Of a DNA stretch of 64,000 nucleotides, positions 10,741 to 22,370 are shown in pieces. Numbering within the stretch: position 1 is the stretch's first letter; every line of letters starts with the position of its first letter. This DNA comes from Malacoraja senta (lineage: Eukaryota), in NCBI GenBank assembly GCA_038087875.1, contig JAXLNO010000385.1, positions 1,364,001 to 1,428,000 on the forward strand. The letters run 5' to 3'. Made by a program: the position numbers and the translations under genes. The notes under the pieces are model-generated. The model saw nothing but the letters and a program-made list of their open reading frames with translations, was not told the origin of the DNA and did not search any database.

Positions 10741-13166
10741 ATATGTCATAAGGTCATCAGTGATAGCAGTAGATTTAGGCCATTCGGCCCATCAAGTCTA
10801 CTCCGCATTCAATCATGGCTGATCCATCTCTCCATCCTTGCCCCATTCTCTTGCCTTCTCCCCTTAACCTCTGACACATGTAGAAGTCAAGAATCGATCT
10901 ATCTCTGCTTTAGTAATATCCACAACCCCCGTAAACAAATACTTTAGTTCTGTCTTCACTAAGGAATAAAGCCTTCATTGCGAGAGGATTTGAGTTTAGG
11001 ATCAAGGAGGTTCTCCTGCAGTTGTACAGGGCCCGGTGAGACTGCACCTGGAGAATGTGTGCAATTTTGGTCTCCTAATTTGAGGCACGACGTTCTTGCT
11101 ATTGAGGGAGTGCAGCGAGGGTTCACGAGGTTAATTCCCGGGATGGCGGGACTGACATATGATGAAAGAATGGGTCGACTGGGCTTGCATTCGCTGGAAT
11201 TTAGAATGATGAGAGGGGCACTTATACTGTAATCATATAAAATTCTTAGAGGATTGGACAGGCTATATGCAGGAAAAATGTTCCCGATGTTTGGGGAGTC
11301 CAGAACCTGGGGTCACAGGTTAAGAATAAAGGGGAGGCCATTTAGGACTATGATGAGGAGAAACTTTTTCACCCAGAGAGTTGTGAATCTGTGGAATTCT
11401 CTGCCACAGAAGGCAGTGGAGGCCAATTCACCGGATGTTTTCAAGACAAAATTAGATTTTGCTCTTTGGGCTAAGGGAATCAAGGGATATGGGGGAAAAG
11501 CCGGAACGGTGGACTGATTTTGGAGGATCAGCCATGATCATATTGAATGGCGGTGCTGGGTCGAAGGGCCGAATGGTTGCGGTCCAGTTGCGATCTAGTA
11601 TCAGAATTATTAACATATTAATTATCCTCATTTCTGAACCTGAACTATATGTCATGGTATACTGAGAGACTCCCTCGTATTCCACAACCCCAGATGTAAT
11701 ACAAGTACATTTAGTTCTGTCTTCACCAAGGGACACACAAGCAATCTCCCATAAAAACTAGGGGTCCAAGGATCTACCGGGAAGGAGGAACTGAAGAAAA
11801 TCCACATTAGTCCACCAGGAAATGGTGTTATGCAAACTGTTGAGACTGAAGGCAGATAAATCCCCGGGGCCTGATGGTCTGCATCCCAGAGTACTCAAGG
11901 AGTGGTCCGAGAAATCGTGGATGCATCAGTGATTATTTCCCAATGTTCTATAGATCTGGATCAGTTCCTGTAGACAGGAGGGTAGCGAATGTAAGCCCAC
12001 TTTTTAAGAAAGGAGGGAAAGAGAAAACGGGGAATTATAGACCAGTTAGCCTGACGTTGGTGGTGCGGAAGATGCCTCAGTCGATTGTTAAGGATGTAAC
12101 AGCGTTGGGAAAGTAGTAACAGGATCGGTCAATGTCAGCATGGATTCATGAAGGGGAATTCATGCTTGACTAATCTTCTGGAATTTATTGAGGATTTAAC
12201 AAGTAGAATGGATAAGGGAGAGCCAGTGGATGTGGTGGATCTAGATTTTCAAAAAGCCTTTTACAAGGTCCCACACATGAGATTAGTGTGCAAAACTAGA
12301 ACACATGGTATTGGGACAAGGATATTGACATGGATACAAAACTGATTGGCAGACAGGAAGCAAAGAGTAGGAATGAACGGGTCCTTTTCAGAATGGCAGG
12401 CAGGAACTAGTGGGGTGCCGGAAGACTTAGTACTGGGACCCCAGATACTTAGACAAAGGAATTACAACTGGGCTGGCGGGCATGTCGATGACAGATCACA
12501 TGAGTGATAACGGAACCGGTGATTCCAGTGCTGTGCAAATGTTCATGAGAACAACAGGGAAACAGGCTCTTCGGCCCGATTCATCCATGCAGATCGAGAT
12601 GCCTATGAGGCATGATGTCCATGATGTGAATGAGATTACAAGTGATCTCATTCACTTGGATTTGTCTCATATCCCTCCATTCCTATCCGAGACAAACGGC
12701 TGTCCAAATGCTGTTTATTTGCTGTGAGGGTATCTGCCATCACCACCACTTATGAAGAGATTGCTCCACCTTTGGTGTGGAATACCTGCCTGCCCATCAG
12801 TATTCCCTTAAATCTTTCCCCTTTCCAATAAACTGTGGTTGTGTGGGTTTAGATTCTCCCAGCCTGGTAAATAACTGTCACCATCTATTCAATCCTGCTG
12901 TAGTTGACATAATTTCACAAGCCTCTGTAAGGTCGCCCCTCAATATTCTTGCTCCAAAGAGACCAATCCCACCCGATCTAATCTATCTTCTAAACTAACC
13001 CTGTCCATTCCAGATAACACCCTGGTGAATCTGTTCCGCACTGCCTCTGGCAATAGGACATAATTTCCATAATCTGGTGAGCAGAACTATACAAAAGGGG
13101 CCTGGCAGATATTTGAAATAAAACTGAGGAGAGCGAGTGCTACACTTGGAGGAGCACTGAAGTCTT

Positions 13167-13958
13167 TGGTGGCAAAAACAGGAAAGTAGACTATTATCTG
13201 AATGGTGGCAGATTAGGAAAAGGGGAGATGCAACGAGATCTGGGTGTCATGGTACACCAGTCATTGAAAGTAGGCATGCAGGTGCAGCAGGCAGTGAAGA
13301 AAGCGAATGGTATGTTAGCATTCAAAGCAAAAGGATTTGAGTATAGGAGCAGGGAGGTTCTACTGCAGTTGTACAGGTCTTGGTGAGACCACACCTGGAG
13401 TATTGCGTACAGTTTTGGACTCCTAATCTGAGGAAAGACATTCTTGCCATAGAAGGACTACAGAGAAGGTTCACCAGACTGATTCCTGGAATGTCAGGAC
13501 TTTCATATGAAGAAAGACAGGAAAGACTCGGCTTGTACTCGCTAGAAATTAGAAGATTGAGGGGGGATCTTATAGAAACTTACAAAATTCTTAAGGGGTT
13601 GGACAGGATAGATGCAGGAAGATTGTTCCCGATGTTGGGGAAGTCCAGAACAAGGGGTCACAGTTTAAGGATAAGAGGGAAGCATTTTAGGACCGAGATG
13701 AGAAAAACATTTTTTACACAGAGAGTGGTGAATCTCTGGAATTCTCTGCCACAGAAGGTAGTTGAGGCCAGTTCATTGGCTATATTTAAGAGGGAGTTAG
13801 ATGTGGCCCTTGTGGCTAAAGGGATCAGGGGGTATGGAGAGAAGGCAGGTACAGGATACTGAGTTGTGTGATCAGCCATGATCATATTGAATGGCGGTGC
13901 AGGCTCGAAGGGACGAATGGCCTACTCCTGCACCTATTTTCTATGTTTCTATTTTTCT
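13167..13958 (+). mobile_element. Young 5'-truncated CR1 insertion, present only in duplication unit 1
   Basis: ORF 13380-13862 (RPHLEYCVQFW...GEKAGTGY) with (ATGTTTCT)-type tail. Empty site gaagtcttgattttt at ~26046 in unit 2. GTCTT is repeated at both junctions. Confidence 0.93.
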
Positions 13959-14354
13959 GTCTTGATTTTTCTTTATTTGGATGTTCAGCTGTAGTGCAAG
14001 TGTGTTGAGAATCAGACGCAGATGGGAAGTGCCACCGTCAACCAGTCAGTGAGTCCAGAGTTGTCAGTACCGATGAGCTGTAACCAAGGGGAAAATGTGA
14101 ATTAAGTGTAAAACAGAGGGATCTAGGACGACAGCAGGTACATAGTGGTTTACAAGTAACATCACAGGTAGATAGGGTGGTGAAAAAGGCTTTCGGCACA
14201 TTAGCCTTCACCTGTCAGAGCATTGAGTATAGACACTGGGAGGCCATGTTGCAGTTGTATAAGACATTGGTCAGGCCACATTTAGAGTATTGTGTTCAGT
14301 TTGAGGCACATTGGTATCGGGAAATTGTGTCAAGCAGGAAAGAGAGCGGCGAAT

Positions 14355-14520
14355 GTGTAGGAAAGAAGTACAGATCTGGTTTTAATCGAAGGTAGACACA
14401 AAATGTTGGAGTAACTCAGCGGGTCAGTATGTAGAAGGGTCTCGACCCGAAACGTCACCCATTCCTTCTCACCAGAGATGCTGCCTGACCCACCCACTGA
14501 GTTACTCCAGGATTTTGTGT
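14355..14520. mobile_element. Inverted (fold-back) pLTR-like repeat with degenerate hammerhead core; paralogs 26445-26612 and 55768-55935
   Basis: Arms acacaaaatgttggagtaactcagcgggtcag and ctgacccacccactgagttactccaggattttgtgt enclose atgtaga-agggtctcgaccc-gaaacgtc. Confidence 0.7.
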
Positions 14521-14552
14521 ATGAGGGCGTAGAGAAGATTTACGAGGATGTT

Positions 14553-15914
14553 TAAAGATGGGATAGCAGCACATTTGGAAGGTGGTGAAATCATTGGACA
14601 AAGTCAGCATGGATTTACGAAAGATAAATCGTGTCTGACGAATCTTATAGAATTTTTCGAGGATGTAACTAGTAGAGTGGATAGGGGAGAACCAGTGGAT
14701 GTGTTGTATCTGGACTTTCAGAAGGCTTTCGACAAGGTACCACATAAGAGATTAGGATACAAACTTAAATCACACGGTATTGGGGGTTCAGTATTGATGT
14801 GGATAGAGAACTGGCTGGCAAACAGGAAGCAAAGAGTAGGAGTAAACGGGTCCTTTTCACAATGGCAGGCAGTGACTAGTGGGGTACCACAAGGCTCAGT
14901 GCTGGGACCCCAGCTATTTACAATTTATATTAATGATCTGGACGAGGGAATTGAAAGCAACATCTCCAAGTTTGCGGATGACACTAAGCTGGGGGGCAGT
15001 GTTAGCTGTGAGGAGGATGCTAGGAGACTGCAAGGTGACTTGGATAGGCTGGGTGAGTGGGCAAATGTTTGGCAGATGCAGTATAATGTGGATAAATGTG
15101 AGGTTATCCACTTTGGTAGCAAAAACGGGAAGGCAGACTATTATCTAAATGGTGGCCGATTAGGAAATGGGGAGATGCAGCGAGACCTGGGTGTCATGGT
15201 ACACCAGTCATTGAAAGTAGGCATGCAGGTGCAGCAGGCAGTGAAGAAAGCGAATGGTATGTTGGCCTTCATAGCAAGAGGATTTGAGTATAGGAGCAGC
15301 GAGGTTCTACTGCAGTTGTACAGGGTCTTGGTGAGACCACACCTGGAGTATTGCGTACAGTTTTGGTCTCCAAATCTGAGGAAGGACATTATAGCCATAG
15401 AGGGAGTGCAGAGAAGGTTCACCAGATTGATTCCTGGGATGTCAGGACTTTCATATGAAGAAAGACTGGATAGACTTGGCTTATACTCGCTAGAATTTAG
15501 GAGATTGAGAGGGGATCTTATAGAAACGTACAAGATTCTTATGGGGATGGACAGGCTAGATGCAGGAAGATTGTTCCCGATGTTGGGGAAGTCCAGGACA
15601 AGGGGTCACAGCTTAAGGATAAGGGGGAAATCCTTTAAGACCGAGATGAGGAAAAACTTTTTCACACAGAGAGTGGTGAATCTCTGGAACTCTCTGCCAC
15701 AGAGGGTAGTTGAGGCCAGTTCATTGGCTATATTTAAGAGGGAATTAGATGTGGCCCTTGTGGCTAAAGGGATCAGGGGGTATGGAGAGAAGGCAGGTAC
15801 GGGATACTGAGTTGGATGATCAGCCATGATCGTATTGAATGGCGGTGCAGGCTCGAAGGGCCGAATGGCCTACTCCTGCACCTAATTTCTATGTATCTAT
15901 GTATCTATGTATCT
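14553..15914 (+). mobile_element. Young 5'-truncated CR1 with uninterrupted RT C-terminal ORF (14548-15810), only in unit 1
   Basis: QHGFTK, YLDFQKAFDKVPH, SGVPQGSVLGP and FADD motifs; (ATGTATCT)n tail. Empty site gaggatgttgccagg at ~26634. Confidence 0.96.
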
Positions 15915-15959
15915 ATGTTGCCAGGACACGAGGGCCTGATCTAGAGGGAGAGGTAAAAA

Positions 15960-16420
15960 CGTTGTTATTTTATTTCAAATGTTGGACTTTAAAGGGTTAA
16001 TGCAGGTTCAGTATCCATAATGAATCTCATCTGTAATGAGCACTAATTCCATCTTGCTGCTCTATCTATCCACGCTGGTAAACACGGCAGGTATAGATGT
16101 ATTCATTTGTTATTTTCATCTTAATTAACAGTAGTTTAGTGCCTCTCTCTCTCCGGCATTCAATGTAAAGAATAACACATAATGCTGAAAATTAAAATGT
16201 AGCTTCATATCTGAGAAAGGGGGAGTTGGGGTAACTGTGATGCTGTGCCCTTCACCCCCAGTGGGAATATTAGTTCCAGCTTTTTGGTCAATACTAGCTG
16301 TGGCTGTGTTCAATCTGCAGTTTATTTTGTAGTCAACTACTTCAGACCAGTCGACAGGTAGATGTGAATTCAAACCCACAGACCACACAGCAAGTTCGGT
16401 CTGCTGAGAGTAAACGTACA
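15960..16420. other. Non-TE-like ~440-bp block present twice per duplication unit (also 17690-18125, 26683-27145, 28420-28745; partial 56005-56085)
   Basis: Shared landmarks tttcaaatgtt..aaagggttaa..cagtatccataat..aatctcatctgtaatgagcactaa..ccacgctggtaaacacgg..tcttaattaacag..gaatattagttccagc..cagaccagtcga. Function unknown. Confidence 0.75.
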
Positions 16421-16449
16421 TCAGAATTCCCTTATATTCTTCCCGCTAG

Positions 16450-17225
16450 AACCCTCTCATCATCTTATACACCTCTATAAGATCACCCTTCTTCCTCCTG
16501 CCTGCGCTTCAAGGAATAGGGTCCCTGCCTACTCAACCACTCCCCACAGGCCAGACCCTGGATGCTGCATCCTTGAAAAATTTATCTGTAAAGTTTCTAG
16601 TTTGGCAATTTCTTTCCAATTACACAGTACCCAGAACTGAACACAATACTCCAAATGCGGCCTCACTAAGGCCTTATACAACTGCATCGTGACCTCCCAA
16701 CCTCTACACTCAATACTCTGCCAGGTAAAGGCCAATGTGCCAAAAGCCTTTTTGACCATCCGATCTACAGCAACTGTGATTCCACCTTCAAGGAACTGTG
16801 CACCTGCACTCCAAGATCCCTCTGCTCTACAATTGTACCTCTTGCCCTACCATTCACTGTGTAGATCCTCCCCATGTTAGACTTCCCAAAATGCAATACC
16901 TCACAATTCTCTGCAATAAATTCCAGCAACCAGTCCCCAGCACACTTGGCCAATCGATCAAGATCCTAATGCAATTAATCATAACCATCTTCACTATCTG
17001 CAAAACCACCCACTTTTGTATCATCTGTAAACTTTCCAAACTTGCTCCGTAAGTTCTCACCCAAATCATTGATGTAGATGACAAACAGTAACGGGCCCAG
17101 CACTGAACATTGAGGCACACCACTAGTCACAGGCCTCCAGTCTGAGAAGCAACCTTCCTTCCACCATCACCCTCTGCTTCCTTCCCTGAAGCCAAATTTC
17201 AATCCATTCAGCTATCTCTCCTTGT
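16450..17225 (-). mobile_element. Decayed CR1 RT fragment (paralogs 27175-27950; 57000-57218 + 63310-63670)
   Basis: ORFs 16529-16759 (KKAFGTLAF...RPHLEYCVQFW) and 16765-16953 (NCEVLHFGKSN...QRDLGVQVH). Confidence 0.88.
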
Positions 17226-20200
17226 AACTATATAAAGGTACGAACTAAAAAGTACTACGGCAAGCTTTAAGGAAAATTAGACAGGTGCATGGACAGACAG
17301 ACAGACAGGCCATTTATAGGTATATGGAGATGGGACATGTTGGCCGGTGTGGGCAGGCAGGCAGGCAGGCTGGGCTGAAGATGCTGTGAGACTCTATGTC
17401 TCTATGGCTCTATAACTGGAGGGTGTGTGTGTGTACAAATAGCGCAGTAAGATATTCCTCACTTGGCCATGGATCTCTGTGCTGGGATTGTAGAACAGAT
17501 TCATTTTAAGACAAACCCGGTTAATCACACTTTTTAACATTATTATTACAGCAGTTTGTCCAATAGTCACACATGGATAGGTAACCTGCAAACATATCCA
17601 ATCGTCTACAGTGGGTCAGCACAAGGCAAATGTTGTCAGTGTTGCCACTGGTGAAAATCTATCTGGGTAGTGTGTGACGGAACTGGGAACAGGTTGTTAT
17701 TTCAAATGTTTGACTATAAAGGGTTAACTGAAGTTCAGTATCCATAATTAATCTCATCTGTAATGAGCACTAACTCCATCTTGCTGCTCTACCCACGCTG
17801 GTAAACACGGCATGTCAAGATGCATTAACTTGTTAATTTCATCTTAATTAACAGTGGTTAGAAATACTAATTGCCTCTCTCCGGGATACAATAGAAAGAA
17901 AAACACATAATGTGGAAAATTAAAGTGTAGCTTCATAACTGAGAAAGAGGGAGTTAAGTAATGGTGCTGTATCCTTCATCCATTTGGAATATTAGTTCCA
18001 GCCGGTGAACACAAGGCGAGGCTGTGTTCAATCTGTAGTTTATTTTGTTCCAAACAACTTCAGACCAGTCGATAGGTAGATGTGACTTCAAACCCACGGA
18101 TCAGACAGCAAGGTCAGTCTGAGTGTAAATGACCAACTCAGCTGCATTGGCTGTCCACACAGCGGTACAGTGAAAGCTGCCACACACAAACGCAGACTTT
18201 ATTGATGTGCTTGTTTATCAAGTAATTCAAGAGAGCATAACTCCCATCATGCAGTGTAAAGCGGGTACCGGTAGAAAGTGAAATCCACACTTCAACGAGC
18301 AGCAGGGACAGTTATTAAAAATGACCAATGTATTGGACAGGCAATTCTATGATGTTTTCCTCTTAATCTGTATCTTTGAGGAATGTGGACATCTGTTGAT
18401 GTTTCATTCATCTGATTCAAGGCCACAGTTTAGTGGTGACTAAATATCCACACAGTTGTCAGGTTACTGTTTAAAAGCAGTTTATTTGTTAGTGCTGTAC
18501 CTGGCGCAAACTTCACACACAGCTTTACCGTGTTGCATAGAGAGGAATAGTGCACTTTAGTTCATCTGAACTATTCCCAATGGCCGGGATCGCACTACCT
18601 GTGCCCCGTGTTCAAGAGACAAGAAAGAGGAAGACAGTGCAGATCAGTAGGTGACTCAGGAGCTGGTGCAGGGGGTGGGGGCTTCAGACATAGAGTCATA
18701 CATCATGGAAACACGCCATGTGGCCCTACTTGCCCATGCCCATGCCCCATACACTCGTTTTACCAGCCTGTGTTTGACCCATATCCCTGTAAACCTGTCC
18801 TATCCATGTACCTGTACACATGAATGTTCAATGTTATCATAGACTTTGTCTTTGGAACTGGTGTGTTACAATGCTGGGAGATATATTCTTCCCTCTGTAT
18901 CTTTCACTTTGCTCCATCTGTTGTACTGCAGTTTGACTTGATTGTGTTTATGTTCAGTATATCCTTATCTGATTATATAGCATGCAAAAAAAAGTTTGAC
19001 ACTGTACCTCAGTACATGGGCAGAGCATTCAATAGGAAAGGTGCATTCATTCTGATGGGATTCTGTAGGTTTCCCAAAAGCCAACTGAGGAACAGCAGAG
19101 GAACTGTGACAAGTCTCAGGTGATGCTTTGCTATGTCATGAGCTCAGTAAATGATAGAGTCGTTGAGAATGTTGCACAATAGAGCACAGTTGTACGACAG
19201 GAAGGTGACATCAGATATACATGTACTGAGATGGACAAGGGCTGATTAGGGATAGTCAGCACAGATTTATACGTGCGAGATTGTGTCTCACCAACCTGAT
19301 TGAGCTTCTTGAAGATGTGACCAAAAACGTTGATGATGACAGAGCTGTCGACGTTGTATATGTGGATTGGAGCAACGGTATTTTACAAGCATCCACATGG
19401 TAAGCTGCTCTGGAAAGTAAGATTGCAAAGGATCCAAGGAGAGATAGTGGAATGGATAGAAACTTGGCTTCATGGAAGGAAGCAGAGGGTGATGGTGGAA
19501 GGTTGTTTTTCAGACGGGAGGCCTGTGACTAGTGGTGAGAACGTACAAGGCATGAGCAGCAAATTTGCAACTGACAGTAAACTGGGTGGTATTGTAGATA
19601 CTGAAAATGTTTGTGAGAAATTGCAGCAAGATCTTGATCGGTTGGGCAGGTGGGCTGAGGAATGGCTGTTGGAGGATAATACAGAGAAATGTGAGGTGTT
19701 GCATTTTGTGAAGTTTAATAAGGGCAGCACCTACAAACTGAATGGTTGGGCTGTTGGAAGTGCTGTGGAGCAGAGGAATCTACGAGTGCAGTTACATAGT
19801 TCCTTGCAAGTGGCATGATGGGTAGATATGGTGATTAAAAAGGCATTTGGCACATTGGCCTGCATCAGAGTATTGTGTAGAAGTTGGGAGGTCATGTTAC
19901 AGATGTATAAGATGTTGATGGGAACACAGTTAGAGTATTGTGTTCAGTGTTGGTCACCATGTTATAGGAAATATGTTGTCAAGCTGGAAATGGTGCAGAT
20001 ATGTTTTACGAGGCTGTTGCCAGGACACGAGGGCCTGAGCTATAGAGGGCGATTGGGCAGGCTAGGACATTATTCCTTGGAGCGCACGAGGGTGAGGAGT
20101 GAACTATTTACACAAAGGGCGTTGTGTATATGGAACGAACTGCCAGAGGAGGTAGTTGAGGCAGGGACTATCATAATACATGAGATGTACCTGTGCAGGT

Positions 20201-21922
20201 ACATTGATAGGATAGGTGTAGAGGGAAATGGGCCAGTTGACACAGTGTAGATGGAGCATGTTGTTTGGAGTGGGCAAGTTGGGTCGTAGGGCCTGTTTCC
20301 ATGCTGTGTGACTCCATGCCCATTGGCCATTAAGCATCTGCTTATCAACCACACCCCTTTCACCTGTATCCACCCACCACTCACCAAGGTTTGTCCTGAC
20401 CCTCTCTCCACCTTTCTCATCACCCCCCAACACAATCAGTTTGAGGAAGAGTCCCAACCAAAACACCACATATCCATGTTCTCCAGAGATGCTGCCTGAC
20501 GCGGTGAGATACTCCAGCACTCTGTGTCTTTATTTTGAACCAGTATCTGTAGTTCTTGTATCTCCTGGTTACTGTTAAAGTTTTAAGGGACATCGCTCGA
20601 TATGTTTGCATCAGACAGAATCCCAGTGCACATGTTCATAATACTTTGTTCATAAATTTAATTCCAATAAAGATAGATATCTCTATTGAGGGTGTAGTTT
20701 ACCATTACTACACATTGACCCCGGTTCCATCCACTCTTCGGGTGCTGTCTATGTGGAGCTTGTATGTTGTTCCCGTGACTGTGTGGGTTTTCTCCGGGTG
20801 CTCCGGTTTCTCCACCAGGCAGAGTGTGGTGGGTAGATGGAACAAGCTGCCATATGAGGTAGTTAAGGCAAGTACCATATCAACAGTTGAAGTACATTTG
20901 GACAAGGATACGAACAGGAGAGTGTGAGAGGTACATGGGCCAAACACGGGCAGGTGGGACTCGTGTAAATGCGGCATCTTGGTCAGAATGGGCAAGTTGG
21001 GCCGAAGGGTCTATTTCCGTGCTGTGTGACTCTATGCAAGGTTCCCTACAAGTGGCGAGTCAGGTGGGCAGGGTGGTGTAGAAGACACTTGCCTTCATGG
21101 GCAAGCGGACTGAGCACAAAAGTTGGGGCATCGTGATACATCTGTAAAACTAGTTGGTAAGACCACACTTGGAGTACTGTGCACACCTCTGGTCACCAAG
21201 CCACAGAAAGGATGCCATTGTATTGGAAAGGCTACAAACGAGATTCACCAGGAATGTTACCTGGGCTGGCAGACTTGATATGGGGAGAGGTTGGATAATT
21301 TAGGGCCTTTTCCTTTGCAGAGTGTGAGGATGAGGTGTGACCTTATTGAGGTGTACAAGTTCACGAGGAGCATGATTTAAACTACCATTCACAAGTAAGG
21401 TATGTGCCGTAATAAGCAGCGGGCAGTGGCTCTGACATCCACCATCATGAAGTGCTTTGAGAGACTGGTGTTGGCGCATATTAACTCCAGTATCCCAGCC
21501 AGCCTTGATCCATTACAGTTTGCTCATCAACGCAGTCGGTCTCCAGCAGTGACCATGTCCCGGCCCTAAACCCATCTCTGGAATACATAGACAAAAAGGT
21601 GGCATAGAAACATAGGACATAGGTGCAGGAGTAAGCCATTCGGCCCTTCCAGCCTGCACCGCCATGCAAAATTATCATGGCTGATCATCCACATTCACCA
21701 CCTCATTCCTACTTTCTTCCCATATTCCTTGTTTCCGTTAGCCCTAAGAACTATATCTAACTCTCTCTTAAAAACAGAAAGTGAAATATGCCTTCTGTGG
21801 CAGAGAATTCCACAGATTCACAACTCTCTGGGTGATAAAGGTTTGCATGTTCTCTGTCGTAAATGGCCTATCATTTATTCTCAAACTATGACCCCACTGC
21901 TTCCGGACTCCCCCATCGTCAG

Positions 21923-22370
21923 ATAGTGGATAGATAGGAGTCTAACGTAGGACAATTCCTAACGTACCACTTCTTGCTAATGAGGGTGTGCAGCGTAGGT
22001 TCACCAGGTTATCTCGCGGGATGGCGGGACTGACAAATGATGAAAGAATGGATCGACTGAGTTTATGTTCACTGGAATTTATACGGATGAAAGCGGATCT
22101 TATAGAAACATATACACTTCTTAAGAGATTGGACAGGCTAGATGCAGGAAAAAAGCCTGTCCAATCCCTTAATAATGTTATATGTGTCTGTAAGATCCCC
22201 TCTCATCCGTCTCATTTCCAGTGAATATAAGACCAGTCGATCCATTCTTTCATCATGTGTCAGTCCCGCCATACAGGGAATTAACCTGGTGACCCTACGC
22301 TGCACTCCCTCAATAGCAAGAATTGGTACATTAGGAATTGTCCCACGTTAGTCTCCTATCTATCCGCTAT
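21923..22370. repeat. Long imperfect inverted repeat (fold-back) of CR1-derived plus flanking sequence, ~220-bp arms
   Basis: atagtggatagataggagtctaacgtaggacaattcctaa...ggacaggct is mirrored by agcctgtcc...ttaggaattgtcccacgttagtctcctatctatccgctat, centre ~22146. Confidence 0.85.

Larger units (their letters stand above)
6653..18585 (+). repeat. Tandem segmental duplication, unit 1 (~11.9 kb)
   Basis: Begins gggatcgcactacctgtgccccgtgttcaagagac and ends ttcatctgaactattcccaatggcc. Colinear with 18586-29198; paired near-identical ORFs include 6891/18824, 7396/19330, 8758/20556, 16125/26859 and 17394/28128. Confidence 0.97.

Noticed and set aside
18155..18195. V(D)J recombination signal-like CACAGCG/TACAGTG...ACACAAACG
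   Set aside because: Heptamer, spacer and nonamer do not fit the 12/23 consensus together, the paralog is worse, and no V or J coding segment is adjacent.
18543..18578. miR-430/302-like AAAGTGC seed in a minus-strand hairpin
   Set aside because: The stem is only ~12 bp with mismatches and is weaker in the paralog; too short for a pre-miRNA.
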